NCBI RefSeq assembly: GCF_902459465.1
Contig: NC_047064.1
Span: 1,798,001 to 1,862,000, forward strand
Length of the DNA stretch: 64,000 nt
Direction of reading: 5' to 3'
Source: Asterias rubens
Taxonomy: Eukaryota
Part shown: positions 39,652 to 54,322 of the stretch, one piece after another
Layout: each line of letters starts with the position of its first letter
Position numbering within the stretch: the stretch's first letter is position 1
The notes under the pieces: model-generated
Database searches by the model: none
Told to the model about the DNA's origin: nothing
What the model saw: only the letters and a program-made list of their open reading frames with translations
Translations under genes and position numbers: made by a program

Positions 39652-40032
39652 TTAAAGACACTGTACACTATTGGTAATTGTCAAAGACTTCTCACTAGGT
39701 GTATCTCAACATATGCATAAACTAGCAATACCTGTGGAAATGTGAGCTCAATTGGTGGTCGAAGTTGCGAGATAATAATGAAAGAAAAGAAAAAACACCC
39801 TTGTCACACGTAGTTGTTTGCCTTCAGATGCTTGATTTCGAGACCTCAAATTCTAAATCTGAGGTCTCAAATTCGTGGAAAATTACTTCTTTTTCGAAAT
39901 CTACATCACTTCAGAGGGAGCCGTTTCTCACAATGTATTATACTATCAACCTCTCTCCATCATTCGTTACCAATAAAGGTTTTATGCTAATAATTATTTT
40001 GAGTAATTACCAATAGTGTCCACTGCCTTTAA
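39652..40032 (+). mobile_element. Family A MITE
   Basis: TTAA TSDs and TIRs, with a 6-nt deletion in the right hairpin arm. Confidence 0.9.
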
Positions 40033-43000
40033 CCGAAACGCTAATCAAATGAATAGTCACTTGAGCCAGTTAATGACATTTTTGAAGCATTGACAGATAA
40101 TCTCTGCTGCACAAAATCAAGCTCAAAATTGTCATCCCTAAAAAAAATATGCTATTAATTATGTATACAATCTAAACTAACTGACAATACAAGGCAATCA
40201 AAGAGCAATAGATAATTTTTTGGTAATTCAAATTTTAGTTATTGCCTAAAACTATTTGATTTTTATAGATATGACCTTTTCTCCGGAATATCCCCGGCTA
40301 AGGAAAGCTCTTCCTTTGTATTGTATTGGCATGAAACTCACCTCTTCTAAATATGAACTATAATAAGGAATGTATGGCCGCCTCTTTAAACCAACGTTTT
40401 TAATTGAGCTGTAATATGTGTGTGTATGTTTTGTCTTGTTTTTAAACGGTCACATTTCAAGGCAATTTAGATTGTATGTTATAGTGAGATGGGTCTGTCT
40501 CCGGACGAGATAAATTTATTTTCGATGCCAGCAGGGTTAGGCAAATCAAGTCATGTTTTTTTGCCATTATATTGTTTTTGTGGGTGTCGTCTGGTAGCTG
40601 CTATTTGTATTTCTCTGTTGGCCTTAAAGACGTATCCCAATACGGTGGTTTTGGCCACTGGCCTGGTGAATGGTGACCAGATATTTCCCTAAACTAACAC
40701 ACATGACAAGCTCTTTTTTTCAATAATGTATTCTTTAAAAAATGTCAAATAATATTACAAACCACCAGATAAACTTACTTGGTAAATCCTTTACAATATT
40801 ATGTTGTGGGTCGTTAATTATGTCTATCAACATGACGCAACAAGCCTTTTAAAATAATGTTATTCATTATTGACATTGCTCAAAACTGGTTGAAATCCAT
40901 GGTCAAGTGAAAATGTATGAAATGGTGTGCTTATAAATTTAATTAAATTAAATTAAATTAAATTTAACTCAATACAATCCAATATGACGTTAACTCCATA
41001 TTCTTTTTGGAAAATAGTTCCATATGAGAGTATCAGAATATAGAACAGGTAACAAATCAAAAGTGCACAAAGTATACAACATTAATAATAGCGTTAAAGC
41101 AAATAATAAATAAATAACTAGGAATGATACAGGAGCCCAATCATTCGGATGAATATCCCCTCCAGTGTTGTACCTTCCCTCCATACAATATTGCCAAGAA
41201 CTGTTGTGGACTATTTCTAAACACGTGTATAGACGGAGGCAATTAGCACCAAACCGGACGGCTTTTGTGCTGGCACTTCAATCCTAAAGAAAGAGAGCCC
41301 AACCAAGTAAATAACTGGAAAAGGTTTTTCATGAATGGCGTAATAATTATTTATACAAAGCCTTTCCAGTTTGTAACTCCAGTGATGGTTGATGCGCTGT
41401 GTAATCATCACGATTGTAAAAGAAATGTAGTCAACAAAAAGCCATGTCAAGATGATGCATCGGTGATCGTTCGAAGCTTGATAATTTTGTCCACATTCAT
41501 CATGTAGGAATTTTAGTCCATTCTATGTTTTTTTATTTCCAATTGTTGTACCTTCCTCTCATCGCTGCGGTGTTGTGTTGTGGGTGAAGTTTTTTGTTTT
41601 CAATAGTCTGGTTTTGCTTGTGTTTTAATGATTTATATTGTGTGATTCTAAAATGTTTCAGTGCAATCACCTTTTTATATTGTATAATTATATTTTTATC
41701 GTTGGCAGGGGTCTGGATTTACACATCTTTTGATGACAGATTTATACTTTTGTTTTAACCTTGACAGCCCCTGTACAACTTGTAACTATTGTGTATGTCT
41801 AAAGTTTTTAAATAAATAAATAATGTACTTCTCTTATATACTCCGAATATTTCACATGACAAAACAAATGTATTCTGTAAAAAACAAGAAAGGGTTAAAC
41901 TTGCCCATTGAAAGTTTTTATTTTAGGAATCACCGTCAACATTTTGACTCCCATAAATGGCCGACCGTGTTAGTCGACGATGTAAAAAGAAATCCACGCA
42001 ATTTCGAGGCATATTTGTGTAGATCATTGTATTCTACTTTTACAATATCTTTCTAACCATATGTATTTTATAACAAACGGTTACAGAACGCTTTTCAAAG
42101 ACCAACTCGACCGATCCAAGGCAACGTATTCCTTTAACTAATTGTATAATTATTTCCTTAACAAGTTGGAGTATAGTCGTTATGGAAACATCATTTGAAA
42201 CAGGGAAGCGTTACTGACATTCACACTTCTCAGTTTGCGTATTCCTGTTACCGATTATTATTTCTCCGTGGACATAATCAGTTCGAAAGACACAACAACA
42301 TCACCCATTCCGTTCTTTCTGGTCGTTGACTTTGGTTCTAATATTATGTTAATGCTTCAAAGTTACTGTTGGGAATTACGGACAGAGGAAAGAACGGAGA
42401 AAAGGAAGTACGGAAAAACAGCAATATGTTTTTGTGTACAAGCAAATGGCAAAGTTTACCAGATTTTCTAATTTCATGGCCAGCTCTTCGTTTTGTTGTA
42501 GTTAGCGTCCACTCTGCATGAAACACACGATGTTAATTTAGTAAGAGCTTTATTTATTTATATGACACCTCTGCTTGTTGCAACGGTGTCTTGTGATGAT
42601 TTCCTTTACTCTTTACATTGGGTGCACTTTCTCGATTGAACGTTGCTGGAATAAGATGGGGTTACTTCTTGTCTTGAGATTCGAATTAGTGTGTGTTGAT
42701 TTATAAACAAACTTGGTAGACGGGACAGCTAAGGCGAAGCTGTCAGGGGAAATGCACTTTTAAGATCAGGATTGAGTTGATCTTAACTTGGTTGTAGTGT
42801 GCCGCGGTAAAAATATACACGAACATGGAACTAATTTTAATCAAGGACCCCCCCCCCCCCGAAAAAAAAAAAAAAAAAAAAAAAAAAAGGCTAAGATTGT
42901 ATATCAATCTTTATTGGAAAGCCAATTTGACGTTGCAATATCAATTATGGTGTATTCGTTTATTCGTGATATCTTTATCGATTGTTGTCTCGAGGAAAAT

Positions 43001-44642
43001 TCCTGTCTGGAATTCTGTCAAAGTCAATAAAATATATATTTTTTTAAGACCGGACAATGGTCTTTTAAATTACCGCAAAGAAACCGAAGTCCCGGCAGGG
43101 TACACGATCGTTTTACAATACAAAACATAAATATTTGTCACAGTGTTTATGAAATTTTTAATGATTTGATTTTACTCATTGAATAGTATACAACGGAGTA
43201 CACTTCAACATTCCTAATATCTAACAATATTTCTCATACTGTTGATAGTATCCCTTTCATCGAAATGCCTTGAACGTCGTGGAGCAATTATTTATGATCT
43301 TGTTTGATAGTGTTGTTATGTTTTTATTTTGGTGAAAACTTGCCTCATTTTGTCTCAACCACCTAAGTGAGATAATGTGTACATCATTGCATCAGCATGC
43401 ATGCACAACCCACAGCACACACTCTGAGACTGTAAGTGTTCCTCAGGAATTGTGTAAACTATAACCTTGTTTTCGTGGGACAGATTCCTGTAAACATTAT
43501 CAACGCGCAATCACGACCCGTTAGAGTGGTGGGGTCTCATCTTCACATCACAGTCAGGATGTATTTTCACCAGTCACAAATTAGATAAATATACAAGTTC
43601 AATCGACACGTCCATGGATGAGTTTAACTTAGGTAGATGGGGATACATCAGAGTGCATAGAGTACAATGATGGTTAGGGATAATGGTGTCACGATTCACG
43701 CTCACCTCTATTCTTTAAATGCAATGATAATTATTTTGTTTTAAACATGACGATAATTTGGAGGTACACACCAAAGGATTTGCATTGTTAATTTCTGTTT
43801 TATATTATTATTCAGACGTCTGTACTTCATCATAGAAGGAATTATTTTAGATCGAATGATCTTTTAAACATAATTCACTTTTTACGTTTTATTTGTATTG
43901 AAGGTTGTGATTGTTCGAACAAGTCATTTGTGTGATGCCACATAGTTGATTTGTCTGTCTGTTTGATGTTTTTTTTCCTCTCTTTTTTATTACAGAGTTG
44001 TCATCTTTTCAAACTCTAATGTTTGTTTTTGTTTCTTTATTTTCTCTCCCTAATAAACACAAACAATTTATATATGAAAAAGTGCAGTACAACTTATCTG
44101 AATTTGTCAACCCATTCGAGCCTTGTTATACAATAATGGGTGTATTGGCAATGTTGGTATGTTGATTAATTGTGGTTTTTTTTTTACGTAGAGGAACCAA
44201 TTAAACAAACTATATACAAATATATAAATCATTCTGAAATTATTTTAGATGTGATACAAATTATGGGCAATAATGGGCAAGTGAATCGCTTAGCTCTATT
44301 CTCTAGATAAACATAAAAGCATGACATCCAATAATTACCAATGATTAATTATAGCTGACGAGGTGGACAATCGGTTTAATCGTGAGGATCAACTATTTAA
44401 TTTATTATTTTGTAACTGTTGAAGTGAAATTTTCACGCATAATTAACCGTGAAAACAGTTATTTGTCAAACGGTAATAATGTTTTATGTCACCTAGTTTC
44501 AAAGGCTTTTGTTTGCTTCAATTGTGTCCGTACGTGAGTTATGGTACCTGTATACAATAATATTTATACAAAAGTGCGATGTCCCCATTTATATTAAATA
44601 TATTTTTAACAACAAAATATCCACCCTGAGTGTTCAGGGCGC

Positions 44643-44683
<41 letters not shown>

Positions 44684-46200
44684 ATACAAACTAGTAATGT
44701 TACTAATTAAAGTGGGTTTTGAAAGAGTTTTGCATCTGTGAAAAAACGACTAAACGAATCCTCTTCACTTGTTACGGTTTTAAATAATGTTGTGGAAGAA
44801 AAGAACATTATATAACCAACATGTATAAAGCTCAATTAATTTCACAGACAGTAACTTGGTTAAACCTCAAATACAAAGTTTGTCCTGCAGTTACTGCCAG
44901 ACAATTAATTTATTGGACAGTACCTGTCATTGCTAATCAAATCTGAGAACGTCTACCCCTCTCCCAATCTTCAAGGTACCGTCTTAAAACCGGATCTTAT
45001 GATTTCCTAATTTCTCAACTTTGGTTTCCTGTGTCTGACTTGGACACTTAATCTTACACATAACTTGTATTGCAGTGGTATGCGATGGCTTTAGTAGGGA
45101 GGGAGCTCATGGGGGCCATTGCTGACTTTCTCGGGGCACTCCTTGAGGAATTTGCGGTGTCAGGTTTGGCACTCCTCAGAGAAACTTACTCACGTCATGT
45201 CCGGTGAAATTCTGAGTAAAAAAATGACAATTGTCAAGTCATTATTTAAAGCAAAAACAAAAAAAAGGGAAATACTTCACACAAGTTGCCATGTTGATTG
45301 GCTCACAATGTTTTGCTAAATATGTCAAGTGTTTACCCATATTAAAACATTAAATTGGATGGATTTGAACAAGTTATAAACTTCATTAAAGGCATTGCAC
45401 GGAAACATCTGCCAAAATAATGTTTAATAAAACAAACACAAATTAATTTTTGAAGGGATCATGATATTATTATGAGAAAATTGGTCACGAAATTAACCTT
45501 TAAGGAAAGAAACAAGTTGAATTAAACTACAACACTAACAGCCGAATTTGTCGCATTCGTGTGGTCAGTTTATCTTTTTCTGGTGGTGAAAAACCTCTCC
45601 TCGCTAAAAGTTAATCGACTATAAATTAATTCATTTTAAAATAAATGTCAATGCCTCTATGGCAATTGTCAATTGTAAATACCACTGCATTTAATGTTAC
45701 ATTTGGTGATGGATCGATTGGTGATGTATAGCATCAAGTAAAAAGCCCCCCACCCCCTCGCCCCCATAACCGGAACAATCTGACAATCACACAACTCAAA
45801 TGTCAAAAGTAAAAGTTTCTTTATATTTATCAGCATTTTGAAAAGCCATGCGCAAAACAAAATGCCAGATTATCTGCTCGTTGTGCAATATTTAGCTGGT
45901 TTTTCGTCACCAAACATCATAATAAAAGCGGTGTTTTTTTTTGGGTGAAGAAAGGCACCGGACTGGAGACAGCAGAGCTATGGGCAGCAATGTAAGAGAT
46001 ATCACAGTATGGGGACACCAACCGAAAATATACATCAAGTAAACAAAATATTGTGTGTCTAACCAGATTTAGAGAAGTCCCACTATACCTCGTTCTTCAT
46101 TTAAGTACAACTGGCGTACCAATGGTACCCCGATTCAGATTAGTGTGTGTTTTTACAGGTCATTTCCAATTGAGAATGACATCGATATGGAGCCAAATAA

Positions 46201-46542
<342 letters not shown>

Positions 46543-47067
46543 CTACACTCGTCAGTGCCTCCTAGTCGGACTAAGTACCAACTCGACCTAAGCTGAAGTT
46601 AAGTCACGCCGTGTTTGACCCACACGTAACTCGAGGTAACTTTCCATACACTGGACAAATGGAACTTAAGGAACAATTCTGATAAGAACATGGAACATTT
46701 ATGTCGGGTGTTTGTTCCGTTGGGAATGAGGAAAGAAGGCCAGACGAAGGGAGAGCATTTATTTTGTAGATTTTCGCTGTGAATATTTCGCCTCATGTAA
46801 TACATCTGTTTTTATCATTATTTATTAGTGACTGTTGGACTTGTCATTTATATAGGTACCGTTCAATTTCTTATTATTGTGCAGTATTTTTGCCCGAATT
46901 GTTACAAAAACTGATTTGAATTGGTTGCGTTTTGTGCAATAATTGAGCGCCCGAGTTATCAAATAATAATATTCACACTCAAGGACTAGTATCTTCTTCG
47001 AGATATGTGAATGAAGTCTGTGAGCCAGGTGGTCACGACATTTTTTCCGGTGGGATACAACCCTCTT

Positions 47068-47822
47068 TTAACGGCACTGGACACTATGTAATTAGGCCTA
47101 CTTAAAGCCAGTGGACACTATTGGTAATTGTCAAAGACCAGTCTTCTCACTTGGTGTATCTCAACATATGCATAAAATAACAAACCTGTGAAAATTTGAG
47201 CTCGAATGGTCGTCGGAGTTGCGAGATAATAATGAAAGAAAAAACACCCATGTCACACGAAGTTGTGTGCTTTCAGATGCTTGATTTCGAGACCTCAAAT
47301 TCTAAACTTGAGGTCTCGAAATCAAATTCGTGGAGAATTACTTCTTTCTCGAAAACTACTCCACTTCAGAGGGAGCCGTTTCTCACAATGTTTTATCTTA
47401 CCAACCTCTCCCCATTACTCGTTCCCAAGTAAGGTTTTATGCTAATAATTACTTTGAGTAATTACCAAAAGTGTCTCCACTGCCTTTAAAACAAAACTGA
47501 ATTGGTAACGGGCAATGGAGAGCTGTTGATAATATAATAACATTGTGAGAAACGCCCCTCTGAAATAACGTGTTGTAAAGAGGTAATTTCTCACTAAAAC
47601 AAAATCAACAATTCATCTGAATCCGTTTAGTATCGATCTGAAAGCACACAACGTACTGCAACAAGGGTGTTTTTTTTTCTTTCATTATTCTCTTGCAACT
47701 TCGATGACCAATTGAACCAACATTATAACAGGTTTGTTATTTTATGCATATATTGGGATACGCCAAGTGAGCAAGTTAGAAAACTGGTATTTGACAATTA
47801 CCAAACGTGTCTAGAGCTTCAA
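47068..47822 (-). mobile_element. Family B MITE split by a nested family A copy
   Basis: Stub TTAA|CGGCACTGGACACTATGTAATT at 47068-47093. The body resumes at 47490 (TTGGTAACGGGCAATGGAGAGCTGTTGATA...) and ends TGACAATTACCAAACGTGTCTAGAGCT. Confidence 0.7.
47102..47489 (+). mobile_element. Family A MITE nested in family B copy
   Basis: Clean TTAA TSDs at 47102-47105 and 47486-47489, near-consensus body. Confidence 0.92.
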
Positions 47823-48680
47823 ATCATTCGAAAATAATGCGTATACTTTGTGTTCGGTTGAACAGTGATCATCATTCCACGCAACGCCTGTATAAGTCTA
47901 AACGTCGCCAACCATGTGAAAAATCATGATGTGAAAGATCACAACAAAATGGGTCAGTTTTCATTGATAACATTGCCTTGATTTGAGCCATAATAAATTA
48001 CCGAACTCGCTGTTCGCTGCTAGTAGTGTCACGAGAACAATGGAATATAGAAAATAATACGACCATCTCACACTCGGTGAGCAATTTACTGCAACAGTAC
48101 TGCATAATTAACCATTTTGGAAATTATTCATTTAGATTCAATTAGGTTTATTGACATAACAATTCAAGGGCAATAGACACAGGAAAATGTAACTTTATTT
48201 CAATGGTTCGTAAAATCTTTCATTTTTGTTGTGTTATAGTTACAATCCTTAGAAACTTGGCAACAATCTATCGTTTAATGTTAGTCATACGAACACAGAG
48301 TGGACAACTGAATTTGAATTCAGAATTGTAAAGACAGAAAATGCCAGGTAAATCATTTTTTGGAAGTTCAATTGCAACTTGATTTTTGTAAGACAGATAG
48401 ACTGATTTGCAACATTCAGTTAAACAAGTACTTTTTTAACAGTGTTTTAACCTTTTTTTTTCATTTAGAAGGCACAGGTGCATCAAATATTCAAATTAAA
48501 TTGGTTTTATTTAAAGGAAATAACAATATTTTAATGGGAGGACACAAAACTGAGTGCTGACAGATTTGGTCACGCCGTATAACTAAGATTACGTTTTTTA
48601 ATTTGCGTATTATTATACATCATTGTCTTGGAGCTTTGCGCACGTCAGAGGGACAAAGTACTCATGGTGCTTGATTGGTC

Positions 48681-49066
48681 GTAAAGGCAGTGGACACTAT
48701 TGGTAATTACTCAAAATAATTATCATCATAAAACCTTACTTGGTAATGAGTAATGGGGAGGGTTGATATTATAAAACATTGTGAGAAACAGCTCCCTCTG
48801 AAGTGAAGTAGTTTCGAGAAAGAAGTTATTTTCCACGAATTTGATTTCGAGACCTCAAGTTTAGAATTTGTGGTCTCGAAATCAAGCATCAGAAAGCACA
48901 CATCTTCGTGACACAATGGTTTTTTTCTTCTTTTAATATTATCTCGCAAATTCGACGACCGATTGAGCTCAAATTTTCACAGGTTTGTTATTTTATGCAT
49001 ATGTTGAGATACATCAACTGTGGAGACTAGTCTTTGACAATTACCATTAGTGTCCACTGTCTTTAA
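48681..49066 (-). mobile_element. Family A MITE
   Basis: GTAA (mutated TSD)|AGGCAGTGGACAC ... GTGTCCACTGTCT|TTAA. Confidence 0.9.
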
Positions 49067-50015
49067 AACAACAAAACTTTGTTAATTTATTTTTTAAAGT
49101 TGTTATTAATGATGAATTTCAACTAGGTATATTGATGTTTGAATTACCAAAACACACACATTCCTGGCTACGTTTGTCCAGAACGTATTTAAAGACGCTC
49201 TTTGTACTAATGGAATATATTTGTAGTTGTCGGGATTTTGCAACACAATTTGTCCTTAATTTGGAATATTACAACCGAAATCAGGTGTTGCGTTTTAAAA
49301 TAATTGATTAGGTTTCCAGGTACATTTGTTCTCAAATTTTATTATTGATTGATTTCAGGGAGCATATTTGACAGATTTTTTTTTTAGTAGAAAACTTCAT
49401 AATCATTAAGTTTTTAGACTCAATCTAAACGATACTGTTGTACATCATTACAATTTTTGCACACCTTAACAGACATTATTTTACTTTTAAAGTCATGAAT
49501 TAAGATGTTGCTATGTTATCTGTGTCATAAAAATGATCGAGTTGTCCCCAACTTGACAATTTCCTTTTGAAAACCTCCACTAAACTTCATTGTCTCGAAG
49601 AAAAAAGTGGAAATGGTTTTGGGTTCTGAATCTTGGAAATGTTCAGACAAGTTAGGCAGGCGGGGTATATCTTTGGTAAATACTTTTAAGATGAATGACC
49701 AAACCAAATTACTTGGAAAAATACACTGCAGTTCTTGATATTTTTTAGAAGCAATTCCCCTCCAAGGAATGGTGTTTTGGAGAAAGGGATTGAATCATTT
49801 TCACACTGGAAAAGTTTCAAGCATAAAACGTTTCTCGGATGGTGTAAACCAATTCATTCTCCAAAGGTTAGTTCTATTGTAAAACTCAACATTTATATTT
49901 GACTAAAAGCAAAAGTATACTTTGCATTTAAGTGTGACATCTTCTAATTTAAAGCGGTCACAAACTTGTCTTCTCAGGCTGCGGTGTTCTCGTTTATTTA
50001 TTATATATATTTGTT

Positions 50016-50400
50016 TTAAAGACCATGGACACTATTGGTAATTGTCATAGACCAGTCTTCTCACTTGGTGTATCTCAACATATGCATGAAATAACAAACA
50101 TGTGAAAATTTGAGCTCAATTGGTCGTCAAAGTTGCGAGATAATAATGAAAGAAAAAACACCTTGTCACACGAAGTTGTGTGCTTTTAGATGCTTGATTT
50201 CGATACCTCAAATTCTAAATCTGAGGTCTCGAAATCAAATTTGCGGAAAATTACTTCTTTCTCGAAAACTATGGCACTTCAGAGGGAGCCGTTTCTCACA
50301 ACGCATAATACCATCAACCTCTCCGCATTACTCGTTACCAAGTAATGTTTTGTGCTAATAAATATGTTGAGTAATTACCAATAGTGTCCACTGCCTTTAA
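50016..50400 (+). mobile_element. Family A MITE
   Basis: TTAA TSDs, TIRs, internal hairpin. Confidence 0.92.
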
Positions 50401-51723
50401 GAATATTTGGTTTTGTCAATAATTGTTTTGATTGTCACCACATTTGAATGATATAACTTAGTTCCATAATGACATACAGTCTTTCTTTCGGTCCATCAAA
50501 CTTTACTAAAATCAGTTGAGTGATCATCAAACAAACAGTGGCCATTGGTTTGTTAATTACTTCAATTTTTTTTTTTTTTGGTGAAGTATAAAGCTATACA
50601 TTGAATGAAGTGTCACAAAAAAAGGAACTGTGTTGTACATATTTGACAACAATTTATATAACTGTGTAAAGTAAGTTACTGATAGATCAAGTTTAGCTTT
50701 TGTCTATACGAGTTTTTCCCTAATTAATATTATGTAAATTCGTTCTACGAATTGGACAAGTCAAAACTATCTCGTTGTTGTAGTCTTTTCAATGTTTGGT
50801 CGAAGGTGATAGCAAATACATACAATGAGAACTTAGCAATTTCTACGGGTAATAATAATTCAATTATGTTGTGTAAAATGTATTGTTATTATTTCTTTTA
50901 GAGCAATCAGCGCGAGAAGGAATTATACATTTTACATGCATCAATGGTTGAGTGAGTTCAGAAAAAAAACGAAGCCATGCTGAACTCCTCATTTGCGTAA
51001 ACATGGCGCAATTCGTATCATGCTCCAAAATGCTTATACGTTTAGGGATAATAGTTCGATGAACAAAAACCGCAACCATACACACAGTTTTGACAGTTAT
51101 TTACCTGTTGTGTCTGCAATATAACAACAACGAATTTACCTGTAACAAATTCGACAGATTTTATTTGGAGGCAGTGAAGTGGGAATTTGTTTCAACTTCT
51201 ATTGTCAAAGGTCACGTGCTGACAAAAGTATATAATGAATTCCCCAAAAATGTGCGCATGGTCGGGGGTATACGTGGTGTGAAATTTGGTTGTCGTCCGA
51301 TATTTCTGTCCATATTCTGGATATCTCTGTGGATATTTTTTAAACAGGTATGGTCCAAAAGGATTTACATAGATAATCGGAAGGATTAACATGGATTAAC
51401 ATAATTATGTTGAAATACTATCAAAGGAAAGAACACCGAAGTATAGTTGATTTTTTTCTTCTATTTCTTTTAATTAAGCGCACTCATAGCTGAAAATAAA
51501 AAAAAGAAAATGATATTGATTGAAAGGTTTATTTGAAAACAAATTCGATGAAAACAGCTCGAAGGTTGATACATCATGAATAAGCCACTACAAAATAAAA
51601 ATAGAGAGAATTGAGAAAAACGGGTTGATAATTCATCTTCACATGAATTATGTTCTAAATCAGATTCGCTTCAGTCATTCTATTTAATTTAAACAAGCAT
51701 TCAAGACAACACTTTGACCATTC

Positions 51724-52109
51724 TTAAAGACATTGGACAGTATTGGTAATTGTCAAAAACCAGAATTCTCACTTGATGTGTCTCAACATATGCATACAAT
51801 AACAAACCTGTGACAATTTGAGCTCAATTGGTGGTTGAAGTTGCGAGATAATAATGAAAGAAAAAACATCCTTGTCACACGGAGTTGTGTGCTTTAAGAT
51901 GCTTGATTTCGGGACCTCAAAATCTAAATCTGAGGTCTCGAAATCAAATTCGTGGAAAATTACTTCTTTCTCGAAAATTACGTTACTTCAGAAGGAGCTG
52001 TTTCTCACAATGTTTTTTACTATCAACAGCTCTCCATTACTCATTATCAAGTAAGGGTTTATGCTAATAATTATTTTGAGTAGTTACCAAAAGTGTCCAC
52101 TGCCTTGAA
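51724..52109 (+). mobile_element. Family A MITE
   Basis: TTAA|AGACATTGGACAG ... GTGTCCACTGCCT|TGAA. Confidence 0.9.
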
Positions 52110-53820
52110 GTTGAATTTCTAGCTGTTTACAATGGTTGACCAGCTCTTGCCGCTGTTTTTTAAGAAACTGAACGAGTATTGCGGCCTAATGAAATTCAAT
52201 GACCTTACTCGACCAGTGAATGCTAAACTGGTGAAATTAAATAACCCCTTTTGACTGTTGAAAGCTACTATTTTAAAACGAAATTGAATGATCCGGGTGT
52301 TAATATAAAAATGAAAACAAAAACATTGGCCGATAAAGCATTGAATTATAGTATACAAATACAAAACAAACAAACAAACAATCAACAGACAAACAGACAA
52401 ACAGAAATATCTTCACAAATTCCAGGTTTTAGCCATTGTCAACTAAAAGTAAACAGAAATTCACTTCTGTACAGAACGTGAAAGCAGGTGTTCTCATAAA
52501 AGAAATGATTTTCCGCATACAGCCCGCGGCACATTGTCTACCCTCCCAGTCACCGCCGACATGGGGAACGAGCTGCTCGAACAGCGTATAGGCTTAATTC
52601 ACTGTACAAATTATTTACCATGAAACCTTGTATTGTCTGTCAACGGTATGATATGATTGCGCAACCCGGGCCTCGAGAGGGACTTGTTCTGTTGTGGCCT
52701 CAACGATGAAATACAAACCGGTAAATCTTAAGGCCGTTTGGGTAATATTGGAAACCTTAAAAGCTTTTCGATGATGACAGTTGGACACTTAAATATCACG
52801 TTATAAAACATGTTAATCCGAATTGATCGATGGATGATGACATAACATGAGCCCTTGGATACTTTTTGGAGACGCATTTTTTGTCTTAGAAGCGGACACA
52901 CTTTCAATCCAAACCAGTACGCCGTACATGAATTTATTGCATATAATACGAAGTAGATAATGTACCAAACAATCCTTCGAACGTTTTGGACAAGTTCAGC
53001 AGCTGTATGCTCCAAGTAAGAATGGGTTTGTATGGCCTACCCTCCGAAGACATTTTCCAACAGGGAAATGATGTCCTCACTAGTCGGTTCTTTGTTTCCA
53101 TGGGTCCTCACTAGTCATTTGTGTACAAAACTAATAGGGATGGCTTCAATACAGGAACAACAGAAAGAACAATAGGTGTCCTCTAACGTAATGGTCAAAC
53201 ACGACTGTGTGAGTTTTACTGCATGCCGATTAACTCTTACGATGGTAGAACCTTTCCGGCGAACGCTCCAACAAGTGAGAAACTGATGGTAATTATACAT
53301 GTTGAATTATGACTGGAAAAGGGTGTTATTGCCAAAAGTAACATTAATACTGGGAATAGGACCGCGTAACTTTGTGGTTTAATTAATTATAGACACGTTT
53401 ATTAACTGAACAAATTCTGACAAGCGTGTGAGCAGAGACTAGAGATGACCGTCCGCCAAGGGTTGAATGCAAATGCAGAAAAAGTGAAACAGTTTGCTTA
53501 TTTACCTTAATCGCCATTTCATTTGCGTGTTTAATTTCCCTTTAACATCATTCTAAAAAAAAAACATTATATCAACATACAGTGGATTTTGCCGTAAATG
53601 AGAACAAAAAATACCTGAGTTTAAAAAATTGAGGAAGACGGTGAATTATAAGGATCTAGTGTAACTAACTTATTACTTTGGGTGTCGGATTTCGTTTTTT
53701 TTTTTTTTTTTTTTCTCGTTCATATGGATTTCATTGATTTTGGGTCCAACAGAACCATCTAGCCCTAGAAGTATTGTCCAGGGCTGAACAATAGGGATAC
53801 TGCCGACATAGGGCCACATA

Positions 53821-53960
53821 GACATATAGCTCATTTGGTCGAGCGCCGACACATTTATCCGGACGTCACTGGTTCAAGTCACACTCTAGCCAATTAACCG
53901 TTGTACAACCCACAAATTTTTAAAATTAACCCACAGTCAGTTTCCCTTGTTACTTGAAAA
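53821..53960 (+). mobile_element. tRNA-derived SINE head (not a functional tRNA)
   Basis: A-box-like TAGCTCATTTGG (53827) and B-box-like GGTTCAAGTC (53871), with no intact cloverleaf. Confidence 0.6.
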
Positions 53961-54322
53961 CACACTGAATTTTTAAAACAGAACAACTTCTTTCACTTTT
54001 TAGATCGGTATTGTTGCTCCCTCCTTTTGTTCAGGGAAGTCTTCTTTATTTGAGTGTAAGTTATCTGTATTCGGTTTATAATTAGCCCAAATGTTTGACA
54101 GGGCCACAGACCTCATTGGTGTCTGTCTTTAGTACAATAAATCTTAAATCTGTCTGCCACTAAATCAGTTACTCAATTGACCACAGACTCGTATATTATA
54201 GCCTTTTGGTTTGTACTGTGTAACGCCTTGAGATTAATGACAAGACACAATCTCCAGTCTCAGACCACCCTATAGACTTCCAGTGAACCTCGACGTGGAC
54301 ATAATTCTCACACTAATGACAA

